A stretch of DNA of 54,656 nucleotides, from positions 186,001 through 240,656 of the forward strand of contig JAXLNO010000357.1 of the NCBI GenBank assembly GCA_038087875.1, in the 5' to 3' direction. Within the stretch, counting starts at the first letter, position 1. Every line of letters starts with the position of its first letter. This document shows positions 12,089-25,799 of this stretch, piece after piece. This DNA is from Malacoraja senta (Eukaryota). A program made the position numbers and the translations under genes. The notes under the pieces were generated by a model. The model saw only the letters and a program-made list of their open reading frames with translations, had not been told where the DNA came from and did no database searches.

Positions 12089-12279
12089 TTGCATGGACAA
12101 AAACCTGCCCCCACGTCTGTGCAAAACAGGGACGTCTGCAGCATTAAACAGCATGCAATGCACACCATGTCCCAAAGGATACTACTGCCCTGGGGATGGG
12201 CTTTCAGGACCAATACCATGTCCAGCTGGATGGTACCAGGAGAATCCTGGACAGTCCCACTGCGTCCTATGTCCTCCAG
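12089..12279 (+). CDS. Cys-rich repeat gene exon E (phase 2 to 1)
   Basis: ttgtgcag|T...CCAG|gtattt; CMDKNLPPRLCKTGTSAALNSMQCTPCPKGYYCPGDGLSGPIPCPAGWYQENPGQSHCVLCPP. Confidence 0.88.
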
Positions 12280-12930
12280 GTATTTGTTAGTGAATAGTGT
12301 GATAGATGCCTGACCACTCTTTAAAACAGTGCACTGAACATACAACTTAATTGAATAGGTTGCTTTGGGATATAGACTGCCAAGCTGATGAATGTCTGAG
12401 CAGGCTTTATAGGATAGCAAAGCGGAAAGCACAACAGAACAGAGGAAATTTCTTTAGAAAGTAACCTTTTGATTATGAGTTCATAAAACAAGGCTACGTT
12501 ATTTGAAAAATTGCTGCTCCAATGGTGAATTGAAAGAGGAAGAGATGAGCAAATACCGGGAAGCAAATGAATGGCAGAGTGAAAATTGATGCATATTATT
12601 GGGAGTTCAATATTGATAGTGGATGATGCTAATCGATACATGAATGTAAATGTAATAGGTAGATATATATCAGCCTGAATATTGTATGGTCATGATGGAA
12701 GAACCTCGGGTTCTTTCTGGCATAGATACGCTGGACATACTTTAACATTGATAACTTGAGGCCGCTCTCAGTGATTCAGCCATCCCAGCACCGGCTGTGC
12801 TGTTTGCAGCCTTCTCCGTCACAGGTCGAGGAAAATCACGAGAACTGATGTGACTTTCAGCTCTCCATAAACCAGTCATACTTTACAGTGGTTTCCTTTT
12901 ATTACTTAAATTGATTTGTAGTTCTTAAGG

Positions 12931-13731
12931 ACTTTGGCGGCAAAAACAAGGGGGCAGATTATTATCTCAATGGGGTTAGGTTAGGTAAGGGGGAGATGCA
13001 GCGAGACCTGGGTGTCCTTGTACACCGGTCACTGAAAGTTGGCGTGCAGGTACAGCAGGCAGTGAAGAAAGCTAATGGAATGTTGGCCTTCATAACAAGA
13101 GGATTTCAGTATAGGAGTAAAGAGGTTCTTCTGCAGTTGTATAGGGCTCTGGTGAGACCACATCTGGAGTATTGTGTACAGTTTTGGTCTCCTAATTTGA
13201 GGAAGGACATCCTTGTGATTGAGGCAGTGCAGCGTAGGTTCACGAGATTGATCCCTGGGATGGCGGGACTGTCATATGAGGAATGATTGAAAAGACTAGG
13301 CTTGTATTCACTGGAGTTTAGAAGGATGAGGGGGATCTTATAGAAACATATAAAATTATAAAAGGGCTGGACAAGCTAGATGCAGGAAAAATGTTCCCAA
13401 TGTTGGGCGAGTCCAGAACCAGGGGCCACAGTCTTAGAATAAAGGGGAGGTCATTTAAGACTGAGGTGAGAAAAAACTTTTTCACCCAGAGAGTTGTGAA
13501 TTTATGGAATTCCCTTCCACAGAGGGCAGTGGTGGCCAAATCACTGGATGGATTTAAGAGAGAGTTAGATAGAGCTCTAGGGGCTAGTGGAGTCAAGGAA
13601 TATGGGGAGAAGGCAGGCACGGGATATTGATAGGGGACGATCAGCCATGATCACAATGAATGGCGGTGCTGGCTCAAAGGGCCGAATGGCCTCCTCCTGC
13701 ACCTATTTTCTATGTTTATATGTTTCTATGT
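12931..13731 (+). mobile_element. CR1 LINE (HER1-like), 5' truncated 3' fragment
   Basis: QRDLGVLVH...LVRPHLEYCVQFWSP; nonsense TGA at 13284; (TTTCTATG)n tail. Confidence 0.9.
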
Positions 13732-13875
13732 AACCCATGTAACCGCATTTGATAATCCTTCAAATATACTGTATCATCCTTTCTCAAAGTTGTAACTGTT
13801 TTTGTTAACCAGCATGGTCACCCTACCATCTGAACCAATCCCTTGCCTCATATGAAACCCTATAGTCAGTAACAT

Positions 13876-15476
13876 TAGTGCATTCAGAAAGTATTCAGAT
13901 CCCTTCACTTTTTCCACATCTGTTACGTTACAGCCTTATTTTAAAATGGATTAACTTCTTTTTTTTGTCATCAATCTACACACAATACCCCAGAATGAAG
14001 AAGCGAAAACAGGTGTTTACAAATTTTTGTAAAGTAATTAAAAAGAAATAACTGAAATATCACATTTACAATAAGTATTCAGAACCTTTGCTTTAACACT
14101 CAAAATTGAGCTTAGGTTCATCCTGTTTCTATTGATTATCCTTGAGATGATTCTACAACTTGATTGGAGTCCACCAGTGGTAAATTAAATTGATTGGACG
14201 TGAATTGGAAAGGCACCCGCCTGTCTATATAAGGTCCCACAGTTGACAGTGCATGTCAGAGCAAAAATCAAGCCATGAAGAAGAAATTGTCCGTAGACCT
14301 CCGAGACAGGATTGTGTCCAGACACAGATCTGGGTATAAAACAATTTCTGCAGCATCGCATGTCCCGAAGAGCACAGTGGCCTCCGTCATTCTTAAATGC
14401 AAGAACTTTGGAACCACCAGGACTCTTCATAGAGCTGGCCGCCGGCCAAACTGAGCAATCAAGGAAGAAGGGCCTTTGTCAGGGAGGTGACCAAGAACCC
14501 GCTGCTCACTCTGACTGAGCTCCAGAGTTATTCTGTGGAGATGGGAGAAACTTCCAGAAGGACAACTATATCTGCAGCACTCCACCAATCAGCCCTTTAT
14601 GGTAGTGGCCAGACAGAGGCCACTCCTCAGCAAAAGGCACATGACAGCCCGCTTGGAGTTTGCCAAAAGGCACCTAAAGGACTCTCAGACCATGAGAAAC
14701 AAGATTCTCTGGTCTGATGAAACCAAGATTGAGCTCTATTGGCCTGAATGCCAAGCGTCACGTCTGGAGGAAACCAGCCACCGCTCATTACCTGGCCAAT
14801 ACCATACCTATGGTGAAGCATGGTGGTGGCAGCATTCTGCTGTGGGGATGTTTTTCAGCGGCAGGAACTGGGAGGCTAGTCAGGATCAAGGGAAAGATGA
14901 ACGGAGCAAAGTACAGAGAGATTCTTGATGAAAACCTGCTCCAGAGCATTCTGGACCTCAGACTGGGGCGGAGGTTCACCTTCCAACAGGACAATGACCC
15001 TAAGCACACAACCAAGACAATGCAGGGGTGGCTTCATGACAAGTCTGTGAATGTCCTTGAGTGGCCTAGCCAGAGCCCAGACTTGAACCCGATCGAACAT
15101 CTCTGGAGGGACCTGAAAATAGCTGTGTATCGATGCTCCCCATCCAACATGACAGAGCTTGAGAGGATCTGCAGAGAGAAGAATGGGAGAAATTACCCAA
15201 ATACAGGTGTGCCAAGCTTGTAGCGTCATACCCAAGAAGACTTGGGGTTGCAATTGCTGCCAAAGGTGCCTCAACAAAATACTGAGTAAAGGGTCTGAAT
15301 ACTTATGTAAATGTGATATTTCAGTTATTTCTTTTTAATTACTTAGCAAAATTTCCTAAACACCTGTTCTCGCTTTTTTTATTATGGGGCATTGTGTGTA
15401 GATATATGATTAAAAAAAATGAACGTAACAAAATGTGGAAAAAGTGAAGGGGTCTGAATACTTTCTGAATGCACTG
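13876..15476 (+). mobile_element. Full-length Tc1-family DNA transposon (IR/DR type) with frameshifted DD34E transposase (about 14276-15286)
   Basis: TIRs (T)AGTGCATTCAGAAAGTATTCAGA / TCTGAATACTTTCTGAATGCACTG plus TA; motifs [25 protein letters not shown] spread over several frames. Confidence 0.93.
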
Positions 15477-15789
15477 TATGTCACCAGTCCAACTCCTCAT
15501 TAAACCACCTTCCATCATGGTGATAGCATAATTCTTCCACATGTAATCGAATGGCCTTTCCTCTTTAAATGGGATCAAAGGGCAAAAAGGGTGCATGGAT
15601 GTGATTGGTGAAAGGATCTATTTCTGTACCATACAACAATGACTAATGGATTGGGGACTCACAAAAGATAAATGCAGAGATTTGGCAGTTTTGGCATGAT
15701 TTGAGGAGGCAGATTAACCCCATAATTCCATTGAATAGATTAAGGAGACATTAATAAGTTCTTTAAATACCTTTATAAAATAATAAGCA

Positions 15790-17474
15790 GATATATCGGA
15801 ATTGTCTGAAAAAGGTATAATATTTGCGGTAAAAAAATCATTTTTATGGCATTAATTTTGCCTACCATTGAGATAGGAAGTGTTTTCCAGTATTGAATAT
15901 TCTTATGTAGTTTATTTAGTAATGGTGGAAAATTTGCTTTAAATAATGATGTATATTTCTTAGTTATATAAATACCTAGATATTTAAATTTTTCCTTTAC
16001 TATTTTAAATGGAAATTGTTGTATTATCTGTTTGTTATGTTCCCTTATTGGCATAATTTCACTTTTATTCCAATTTATTCTGTATCCTGAAAGTGAACCA
16101 AATTGGGTTATTAGCTTTAATAAGTTTGGAATACTAATTTCTGGTTTTGTAATGTAAATTAATACATCATCTGCGTATAAAGAAATTTTATTCACTGTAT
16201 CCTTTGTGTTATATCCGTGTATTTCCGGATGCCCCCTGACTCTTTCTGCAAGTGGCTCAATAGCAAGCGCAAATAATAATGGAGATAACGGGCATCCTTG
16301 TCTACAACCTCTAGATAGACTAAATTTAGATGACAACCTTTGGTTTGTAAATATTCTAGCCGTGGGATTTGTATATAACAGTTTTATCCATGTACAGAAT
16401 TTCTCCCCTAACTGCATATTTTCCATCACCGAAAATAAATAAGACCATTCGACCTGATCAAATGCTTTTTCAGCGTCAAGTGAGATTATTGCTAGATCTT
16501 CCTTAATATTTCTCTTGGAATAGATAATATTAAATAATCTTCTTAGATTATAATATGAGTACCGCTTCTGAATAAAGCCTGTTTGGTCAGGGTGTATTAA
16601 TTTATTCATCACTGTACTTAATCTATTCGCTAGTATTTTAGTTAATATTTTCTGATCTGTATTTAAAAGTGCGATTGCTCTATATGATCCCGGGTCTTCC
16701 GGATCTTTATCAGCTTTAGGAATAAGTGTTATTATAGATTCATTTAAAGTGTCTGGAAGTTTCTGTTGAGTATAGATATACTCATACAATCTTTGTAAAC
16801 GTGGGCAAAGCAAGTCATGAAATTTTTTATAAAATTCGGAGCCTAAACCATCTGGTCCTACTGCTTTACCATTTTTTAAAGAGCCGATAGACTCCTCAAT
16901 ATCTTTTATGGTAATCTCCTTTTCTAATAATTCTCTATCGTTTGAATCTAAACCTTTTAAATTACATTTTAGTAAAAAATCTGCTATTTCTTCTGATTGT
17001 CCTACGGTTTTAGTTGAATAAAGGTTATGATAGTATTGGAGAAATCTATCATTTATGTCCTTAGGCATTTTTAATAATTCTCTTGTCTCTGTTCTAATTT
17101 TATGAATTATTTTTTCCCCTTCCATTTTTCGTAACTGACGTGATAATAGTTTTTGTGGTTTGTCTCCAAATTCAAAATGTAATTGTTTGGTTTTTTGATA
17201 AAGTTTTATTACTTGTTCTGAATACATTTTATTTAATTTATATTTTAATACAGCAATTTTATTATGTTTTAAAATAGATGGCATTCTCGCATTTTCTATA
17301 TCTAGTTGCTTGATTTCACTTTCCAATGTTTGTTGTTTAATCCTGTTCTCTTTATTATAAAATGCTTGAGCGGAAATTAATGTACCACGAACATACGCTT
17401 TAAACGTTTCCCACATAAGAGAAGTAGGTGTGTCAGGGTTGTCATTTACCTCAAAAAATATTTGAATCTGTTTG
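15790..17474 (-). mobile_element. L1-clade LINE, inverted 5' segment (ORF2 RT domain)
   Basis: Uninterrupted ORF 15773..17416 with GPDG, DAEKAFD, RQGCPLSP, YADD; ends at QTIPIYL. Confidence 0.92.
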
Positions 17475-19176
17475 AAACCTTTTTAAAAAAACTGGATTCT
17501 ATTGTTAATGATTTCATCTGGGATTATAAGAATCATAGGATAAACAAAAGACATTTGTGTAAATCAAAAATGAATGGAGGCTTGGTTTTACCCAACTTTT
17601 TGTTTTATTTTTGGGCAGTTAATATTAAAAATATGAATTTCTGGTTGGAAGAAATAGATCATCAGCCAGACTGGTTAAAAATGGAAAAGGAAGATTGTTT
17701 ACCTTTTGATATCGGTTCGATTTTATTTGCTACGTCTAAATTAAACAAAAAAATTTATAGGGAAAACCCTATAATATTTAGTGCTATACGAATTTGGAAA
17801 CAATTAAAAAAGACATTAAAATTAGATAATTTAGCACTTTTTCTTCCAATTGTGAATAACCCTTTGTTTAAGCCTTCATGGTTGGACGGGGGTTTTACAC
17901 AATGGAAGAATTATGGAATTAAAAATATGGGACAACTTTACAAGGAAGGCACTTTTCTGACATTTCAGGAGTTGCAACAGACTTACGGACTTCGAGGAAA
18001 TGATTACTTCAGATATCTTCAACTTAGAGATTATGTAAAATCAAATACTCAAAATTTTCGAATTAGAAATTCAGAAATTCTTGATGAATGTTGGAACAAA
18101 CATCCTCATACAGAAAAATTAATATCTTATATATATAATATCTTATTAGACAGTGACATTCCATCGACGGACTTACATAGACAAACATGGGAAAAAGAAT
18201 TAAATCAAATAATAACGAAAGATACTTGGGAAGAAAGTTTGCAACACATACATCAATGTTCATTAAATGCCAGACAGTCTCTAATACAATTCAAAGTAAT
18301 ACATAGGTTACATTATTCCAAAACAAAACTACATAAAATTTTTCAACATATCTCACCTATATGTGATAAATGTCAACATTTAGAAGCTACCTTATCTCAT
18401 ATGTTTGCAAACTGTATAAAAATTAAACAATTCTGGGTAAATATTTTCAGTATAATATCTAAAGTAACCAGCACAAAATTGGACCCAGATCCAAAATTAA
18501 TAATACTTGGAATATTAGAATTAAATCAAACATTTAGAATAACACAAAGAAACTTTATTGATTATAGTTTAATAACAGGAAAAAAATTAATTCTAAAATT
18601 TTGGAAAGGCCCTACGACCCCCACAATTAAAATGTGGATTATAGAAATGACGGAGACCTTAAATGTGGAAAGAATCAGACTCTCCCTGTTGGATAAACAG
18701 GAATTATTCGTTGGAACATGGTCTCCTTTTATTGACTACCTAAAGGGCCAGAACAGTTCAGCACAGGAACCTGACTAACACCCGGGCTAAAGAATGGATG
18801 AAACGCTATATCTAGAAATGTACGAATATATCTCGAATGAAGTTTTTTATTTCAATAAATTTTTCCATTCTTCTTTAACTATCTTTTTTTCATTTTTTTT
18901 GTTTTTGTTTTTTGTTTTTGTTTTGTTTTTTTGTTTATTTTTTTTTTATTTTTTATTTTTCTTCTCTTTTTTCTCTTTCTTTACTTCACTTTTCTCTTTA
19001 GTTCTATTTAGCTTAAAAAAAAAAAAAGCAAAAGGTATTGGAGACATTGTAATAATATTTAACAATATTATCAATTTAATAATGTAAGACTGTAATGATG
19101 TAACTAGGTTGTGTACGCATCTCCAATAAAAAAAATATTTAAAAAAAAAATAAAAAAAAATAAAAATAATAATAAT
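17475..19176 (+). mobile_element. L1-clade LINE, 3' segment (ORF2 C-terminus, T-rich 3' UTR, AATAAA, A-rich tail)
   Basis: ORF continues TFLKKLDSIVNDFIW...CDKC...HMFANC; AATAAA near 19125; TSD AATAATAAGCA at 15779-15789 and 19177-19187. Confidence 0.92.
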
Positions 19177-19343
19177 AATAATAAGCATATGTTTACTTGT
19201 TCAAGTAATTAATTTACAGATACATTCACTTGTATAAAGCTCAATGTGCGAGGAAGTACAAATCTGTTGATGCACTGTTCTTGTTCTATACCCTGATATA
19301 CAAGTATTATTTGTATCTCAGAAAAAAGTGTTTACTGTTACAG

Positions 19344-19432
19344 GTAGTAGATGTTCTGAAAAGACCCTCCCTCCTAAACCTTGTGACCCTGGTTTCTACT
19401 CGGAAGATTCTGGATCAGAAGCATGTATACCA
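19344..19432 (+). CDS. Cys-rich repeat gene exon F (phase 1 to 0)
   Basis: gttacag|GT...CCA|gtgagt; (G)SRCSEKTLPPKPCDPGFYSEDSGSEACIP. Confidence 0.87.
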
Positions 19433-20156
19433 GTGAGTAAGCTTTCTTGCATTTTCTGCAGTGATCTCTTACATAGATCTATAAATTATGTGTTTTATAC
19501 ATTTGCTTCTAACTGTAGCGGGATGATAGTATTTCAGTATAATGGAATCACTGAGGTCTAGTCTGAGATTTTAGCATCAGGTTCCAACTCTACACATGTA
19601 TTATGTCTTCCTCACCAAAATATCTTCATTATTCTTCTTGCTTTCACCATCTTTCAACTTGTTAAATTTATGCTGCTGAAAATGTATGCTCCATCCAAAC
19701 AAATTCACAACTTGCACAGCATTTTTCCCTTCTAGCACTAAAGGTGAGAGGTAAAGTTTAAATATTCAGATTCATTTCAGATATATGGTTCATACTAGGG
19801 GCAGGAGTACATTGGGGAGTCCCTGTCATGTCACGCTAGGCTACCAAAAAATGAGCAAGGTTACAAACCTAAACCATTCTGTTTCTTCTTGCTGATGACT
19901 TAAGGCCATTAACTTTCACAACCTGCAAAATGAGAACACAAGGGAACAACCCAACCAGCATGTCCCTCGACAAGTCAGAGAGCATGCAGAGTTGGATATA
20001 TTCTGGAGTTCTTTTATCATCACTGAGTGAAAAGGCGCAACATTTCCCTCCTGACAACACTGTACAGATTGCTGCATTCAACAGCAACCGCCAAAAGAGA
20101 AATAGGAATGGAAACAAATGGTCTTTATTAATTATTAATGATGGTGGCATTTCTCT

Positions 20157-21816
20157 TCTGAGTGAAATCCAGGTTAGTCGGGAAGTGGTGTTGGGTAAAT
20201 TGAATGGATTAAAGGCCGATAAATCACCAGGGCCAGATAGGCTGCATCCCAGAGTACTTAAGGAAGTAGCTCCAGAAATAGTGGATGCATTAGTGATAAT
20301 TTTTCAAAACTCTTTAGATTCTGGAGTAGTTCCTGAGGATTGGAGGGTAGCAAACGTAACCCCACTTTTTAAGAAGGGAGGGAGAGAGAAAACGGAGAAT
20401 TACAGACCTGTTAGTCTAACATCGGTAGTGGGGAAACTGCTAGAGTCAGTTATTAAAGATGGGATAGCAGCACATTTGGAAAGTGGTGAAATCAATGGAC
20501 AAAGTCAGCATGGATTTACGAAAGGTAAATCATGTCTGACGAATCTTATAGAATTTTTCGAGGATGTAACTAGTAGAGTGGATAGGGGAGAACCAGTGGA
20601 TGTGTTGTATCTCGACTTTCAGAAGGCTTTCGACAAGGTACCACATAAGAGATTAGTATACAAACTTAAAGCACACGATATTGGGGGTTCAGTATTGATG
20701 TGGATAGAGAACTGGCTGGCAAACAGGAAGCAAAGAGTAGGAGTAAACGGGTCCTTTTCACAATGGCAGGCAGTGACTAGTGGGGTACCGCAAGGCTCAG
20801 TGCTGGGACCCCAGCTATTTACAATTTATATTAATGAGCTGGATGAGGGAATTGAAGGCAACATCTCCAAGTTTGCGGATGACACTAAGCTGGGGGGCAG
20901 TGTTAGCTGTGAGGAGGATGCTAGGAGACTGCAAGGTGACTTGGATAGGCTGGGTGAGTGGGCAAATGTTTGGCAGATGCAGTATAATGTGGATAAATGT
21001 GAGGTTATCCACTTTGGTGGCAAAAACAGGAAAGCAGACTATTATCTAAATGGTGGCCGATTAGGAAATGGGGAGATGCAGCGAGACCTGGGTGTCATGG
21101 TACACCAGTCATTGAAAGTAGGCATGCAGGTGCAGCAGGCAGTGAAGAAAGCGAATAGTATGTTAGCTTTCATAGCAAAAGGATTTGAGTATAGGAGCAG
21201 GGAGGTTCTACTGCAGTTGTACAGGGTCTTGGTGAGACCACACCTGGAGTATTGCGTACAGTTTTGGTCTCCAAATCTGAGGAAGGACATTATAGCCATA
21301 GAGGGAGTGCAGAGAAGGTTCACCAGACTGATTCCTGGGATGTCAGGACTTTCATATGAAGAAAGACTGGATAGACTCGGCTTATACTCGCTAGAATTTA
21401 GGAGATTGAGAGGGGATCTTATAGAAACGTACAAAATTCTTATGGGGTTGGACAGGCTAGAAGCAGGAAGATTGTTCCCGATGTTGGGGAAGTCCAGGAC
21501 AAGGGGTCACAGCTTAAGGATAAGGGGGAAATCCTTTAAGACCGAGATGAGAAAAAACGTTTTCACACAGAGAGTGGTGAATCTCTGGAACTCTCTGCCA
21601 CAGAGGGTAGTTGAGGCCAGTTCATTGGCTATATTTAAGAGGGAGTTAGATGTGGCCCTTGTGGCTAAAGGGATCAGGGGGTATGGAGAGAAGGCAGGTA
21701 CGGGATACTGAGTTGGATGATCAGCGATGATCATATTGAATGGCGGTGCAGGCTTGAAGGGCCGAATGGCCTACTTCTGCACCTATTTTCTATGTATCTA
21801 TTTCTATGTATCTATG
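20157..21816 (+). mobile_element. Young CR1 LINE, 5' truncated, with open RT reading frame
   Basis: KSPGPD, DFQKAFD, GVPQGSVLGP, KFADD; ORF open to 21711; (TCTATGTA)n tail. Confidence 0.95.
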
Positions 21817-22283
21817 AAATGAAATAAGTGAAAGAGATAGGAACAAGGCAATTTAATTGATGTAAGATGAGAAAACCACATATTCCTGGTTTAGCAGTAA
21901 TAGAAACAGGAGAGAAAGGGTGAATCAGTAAAGATCAGGCATGTTTAATTGTCTTTATAGCGTGAGGCAACTATCTCCTTTACTTTTTATCTTCACTGGT
22001 TAACATTGCTTTTTAAGACAATGCAGGAATGGTATGTATGAAACTATGAAAACAAACTGTTTTGAAGACAAAATACAATAGAATAACAATCACTTTTTGA
22101 TGGCATTATTTGTCTTATGTCATCAGAATATTATCTTGCCTTTAATTGTGAGATATAGAAGATGGCTGGTGGTCAGTTCATTTTGTGTTACTGTATAAGG
22201 TTGGGGTGTCCAAGCCATTAGTCCAAGTGAGCTGTTTGGACGTATGCATTGGATCGAAATGCTTTATGCATCTGAGGTGAGAT

Positions 22284-22590
22284 CATAAGATCATGTGACA
22301 GGAGCAGAATTAGGTCGTTCTGCCCATCCAGTCTACTCTGCCATTCAATCATGGCTGATCTATCTCTCCCTCCTAACCCCATTCTCCTTCCTTCTCCCCA
22401 TAACCTCTGACACCTGTACTAATCAAGAATCTATCTATATCTGCCTTAAATATATCCACTGACTTGACAAAGAATTCCACAGATTCACCACCCTCTGACT
22501 AAAGAAATTTCTCCTCTTCTCCTTCCTAAAAGAACAGCCTTTAATTCTGAGTCTATGACCTCTAGTCCTAGACTCTCCCACTAGTGGAGC
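22284..22590 (-). mobile_element. CR1 LINE 3' fragment
   Basis: PLVGESRTRGHRLRIKG...FFSQRVVNLWNSL on the minus strand. Confidence 0.85.
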
Positions 22591-23134
22591 CATCCACTCC
22601 ATATCCAAGTGAGGTGTTAGATTGAGCTGACGCATTGGTGTACATTGCTAATCAGCATCTAAATCCACATTTCCACCATTTTATTTGTCTCCAGCTACTC
22701 ATATTAACCTATTTTGCTATTCTGATCATACTGATTTTTTTTAACAGAAATTAGCTAAAAAAGACATACCAATATATGAAAAAGAGCATTATAGGATAGG
22801 TTATCAAAGATTGGAGTCCACAGTTGGTCCTCAATGTATTTGGTTCATCTCTGCCATAGGGATTAATGAGTCTGAATTTAAGCAGGATCCTGGTCTGGGC
22901 TCCTTTCTGGACTATTGCCCACTGCTCTGTGTGTGTCCTTGCTTAAAATTCAGTTATGCTTCATGTGGCAGAGAAATGAGACCACAAACATCTGAGCAAA
23001 GACAGCAAACATTAACACGGGCAACATGCTTCTCGTTCTTTCAGCTGTTTTAATTGCATTTGAGAGCGCATTTACACATTTTTACAATTTTGCCCTTTTT
23101 CATATGTCCAAGACCTACAATTTGGAAACAATAT

Positions 23135-24085
23135 AATATGACACAATACGATATGATAGAATTGTATTCATCCCAGGAGGGAAATTAATTTACCAACAGT
23201 CATAAAAAACACAAAATACATGAAACTTGTCACATGAAATTAAAGTGACGAGTGGTAAGGCTTTGGGGACTGAGGAGGTTGGGGGGGGGGGGGAAGGGGG
23301 TCAGTCTCAGTCTAACCCATGACAGAAGGGGGAGGAGTTGTAAAGTTTGATAGCCACAAGGAAGAAGGATCTCTTGTGGCGTTCAGTCCTGCATCTTTGT
23401 GGAACCCGTCTGTTGCTGAAGGTACTCCTCGGGTTGACCAGTGCGTCATGGAGGGGGTGCGCTGTATTGTCCAGGATGCTCCGCAATATGAGGAGCGTCC
23501 TCCCCTCCAGGACCACCTCCCATGAATCCAACTCTGCCCCCATGACGGAGCCAGCCTTCCTGATGAGTTTGTTGATCCTATTGGCGTCCGCAGTCTTTGC
23601 CCTGCTGCCCCAGCACACGGCAGCGAAGAAGGTGGCACTGGCTACCACCGATTGGTAGAACATCTGCAGCATCTCACTGCAGACTTTGAAGGAGCGGAGC
23701 CTTCTCAAAAAGTACAGGAGGCTCTGTCCCTTCTTGTACAGGGCCTCAGCATTCCTGGTTTACTGTCCAGGTACACTCCCAGGTATTTGTACTTTCTGGT
23801 AAACTGCACATTGATGGAGGCAGGGGATGAGGGTGATCCTCTCCTCCTAAAGTTCACCACCAACTCCTTGGTCTTGTCAGTGTTGAGCTGCAGGTGATTC
23901 GGCCCAAACAAATCAACAAAGTCGGTGACTACACCTCTGTATTTAGCTACCCTCCCCTCATTGATGCAGCCCACAATTGCAGAGTCATCTGAAAACATCT
24001 GCAGGTGGCAGGAGGCGGAGTAATATATGAAGTCCAAGGTGTAGATGGTAAACAGGAAGGGAGAGAGGACCATCGCCTGTGGGGC
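23135..24085 (-). mobile_element. Rex1/Babar LINE 3' fragment (degenerate RT)
   Basis: VLSPFLFTIY...FSDDSAIVG...LNTDKTKELVV...LRRLRSF...HPLH; short-repeat tail. Confidence 0.85.
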
Positions 24086-24674
24086 CCATGTGTTGCCCTG
24101 TGATTAATCTTAAGAAGAATTCACCAATGCTACAGCTAAAAGTTACACCTGACCTCAGATGCACAAGGCATGTTAAATTAACCCAGCATCGCAAATACAA
24201 AATACAGATTAAATTAATCCAGCCCCTAAAACCTACAAAACAATCTAATCCAATTAAGAGGAGATTTGATCGGGATGCATAAGGTCAATAAAGTTTTAGA
24301 TGTGGAAGCTGTTCTGTAGAAATTCAAAGTGATCTGCAAAGGTCAGTGGAACGAGAGGAACATTCTTTAATGAGGGTGGTTAGGATCTGGATCTCACTAC
24401 CTGTCCTACAAAAGCTGTGGGGATAGATTTTCTCAGGAAATTCAAAATGGAACTGAATAGATAAATTAGATAAATAATTCACATAGCCACAGGAAAAGAG
24501 CATGATAATTGGACTGATGGGACTGCTCAACAAGAAGCCAAGATGGACTCCACGGACCAAAGGTCTTCTTGCATTGTCTTTACTGTGAGCGAATACCACA
24601 AAATTATTGATATTATACGGTCAATCAAGGTATTGATATTTCAATCCATAGTCTCCATGTCCATCTGAGCCAAA

Positions 24675-24970
24675 GCAGCATGGTGGCATAACAGTAGAGC
24701 TACTGCCTTACAGCGCCAGATACCCAGGTTCGCTCCTGACTTCGGGTGATTGACTGTGGAGTTTGTATGGTCTTCCCGTGACCTGCGTTGGTTTTCTCCA
24801 AGATCCTCGGTTTCCTCCCACGCTCCAAAGACATATAGGTTTGTAAGTTAATTGGCTTGGTATGAATGTAAAATGGTCCCTAGTGTGTGTAGGATGATGT
24901 TAATGTGCGGGGATCGCTAGTCGGTGCAGACTGTTTCCATGCTGTATCTCTTAACTAAACTAAACTAAAC
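24675..24970 (+). mobile_element. HE1-like V-SINE
   Basis: tRNA-like head, TTTCCTCCCACGCTCCAAAGAC, (TAAAC)3 tail. Confidence 0.85.
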
Positions 24971-25127
24971 ACTGCCTTTTTGATTGAATCTGTTCTGAAT
25001 GTTCATTGACCCTCACGGGAAGACTGGCATAATTTTCATAAATATAATATTTTGGATTTAATCTGGTGACAGATTAGTTTAACGGGTATTACTGTATAAT
25101 TCTCATGGATATAATATTCTATTTCAG

Positions 25128-25241
25128 TGCCCTGCTGGTTCCTATACAAAGCTGACGGGTTCCCAGTCCTGCACTAAATGCCCTGCTGGTTTTGGATGTC
25201 CAGAAAAGAGCCAACAACCCATTCCATGTAGTAGTGGACAG
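25128..25241 (+). CDS. Cys-rich repeat gene exon G (phase 0 to 0)
   Basis: atttcag|TGC...CAG|gtaaaa; CPAGSYTKLTGSQSCTKCPAGFGCPEKSQQPIPCSSGQ. Confidence 0.88.
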
Positions 25242-25799
25242 GTAAAAAACATTTTATATAAGGATATATTTCCTTAAAGACGCAGCATAATTCTACATTT
25301 CACTTTAAAATGGACTAAATCAGCAATTAAAATTACATTGAATAAGAAAGGTTGTCGATATTCTTTCCTCGTTGAAATTGGAAAACAATGAAAGACATTG
25401 GAAAACTCAACGGAAACGTTATCCTGACACAGTTACACTTACGAGGTTTACCCTGAATGATGCAGTAATATTTACTGACTAAATTATCCTCTGAGTGTGG
25501 TCCACAGGAGCTGAGATTCACTCATCAGGAAGTCTTATCTGGTAAAATACAGCCTCAACAGACAATATTTCTTGACTAAAGAACCATCTAAGGAAAGTCT
25601 CCCCTGATCAAAATATTCTCAGTAGAAAGTTTATCTTGTCGAAGCTATCTTAAATGCGCAGTCTATTCTAATTGACACAATTTAATTTTTATAAAATAAT
25701 AATAAACATTCTATCCATATTGGGAATTGAGGACTGAAATACAAATGAATTACATGATCTATATGTGCTCATTATTCACTATATGTCCCTTCCATTCCT

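Noticed and set aside
18794..19188. Phe-rich hydrophobic ORFs
   Set aside because: Translations of the T-rich L1 3' UTR and A-rich tail.
19930..20156. N-terminal extension of the 593-aa ORF as a host-CR1 fusion protein
   Set aside because: It looks like chance read-through of flanking intron into a 5'-truncated CR1, with no domain features.
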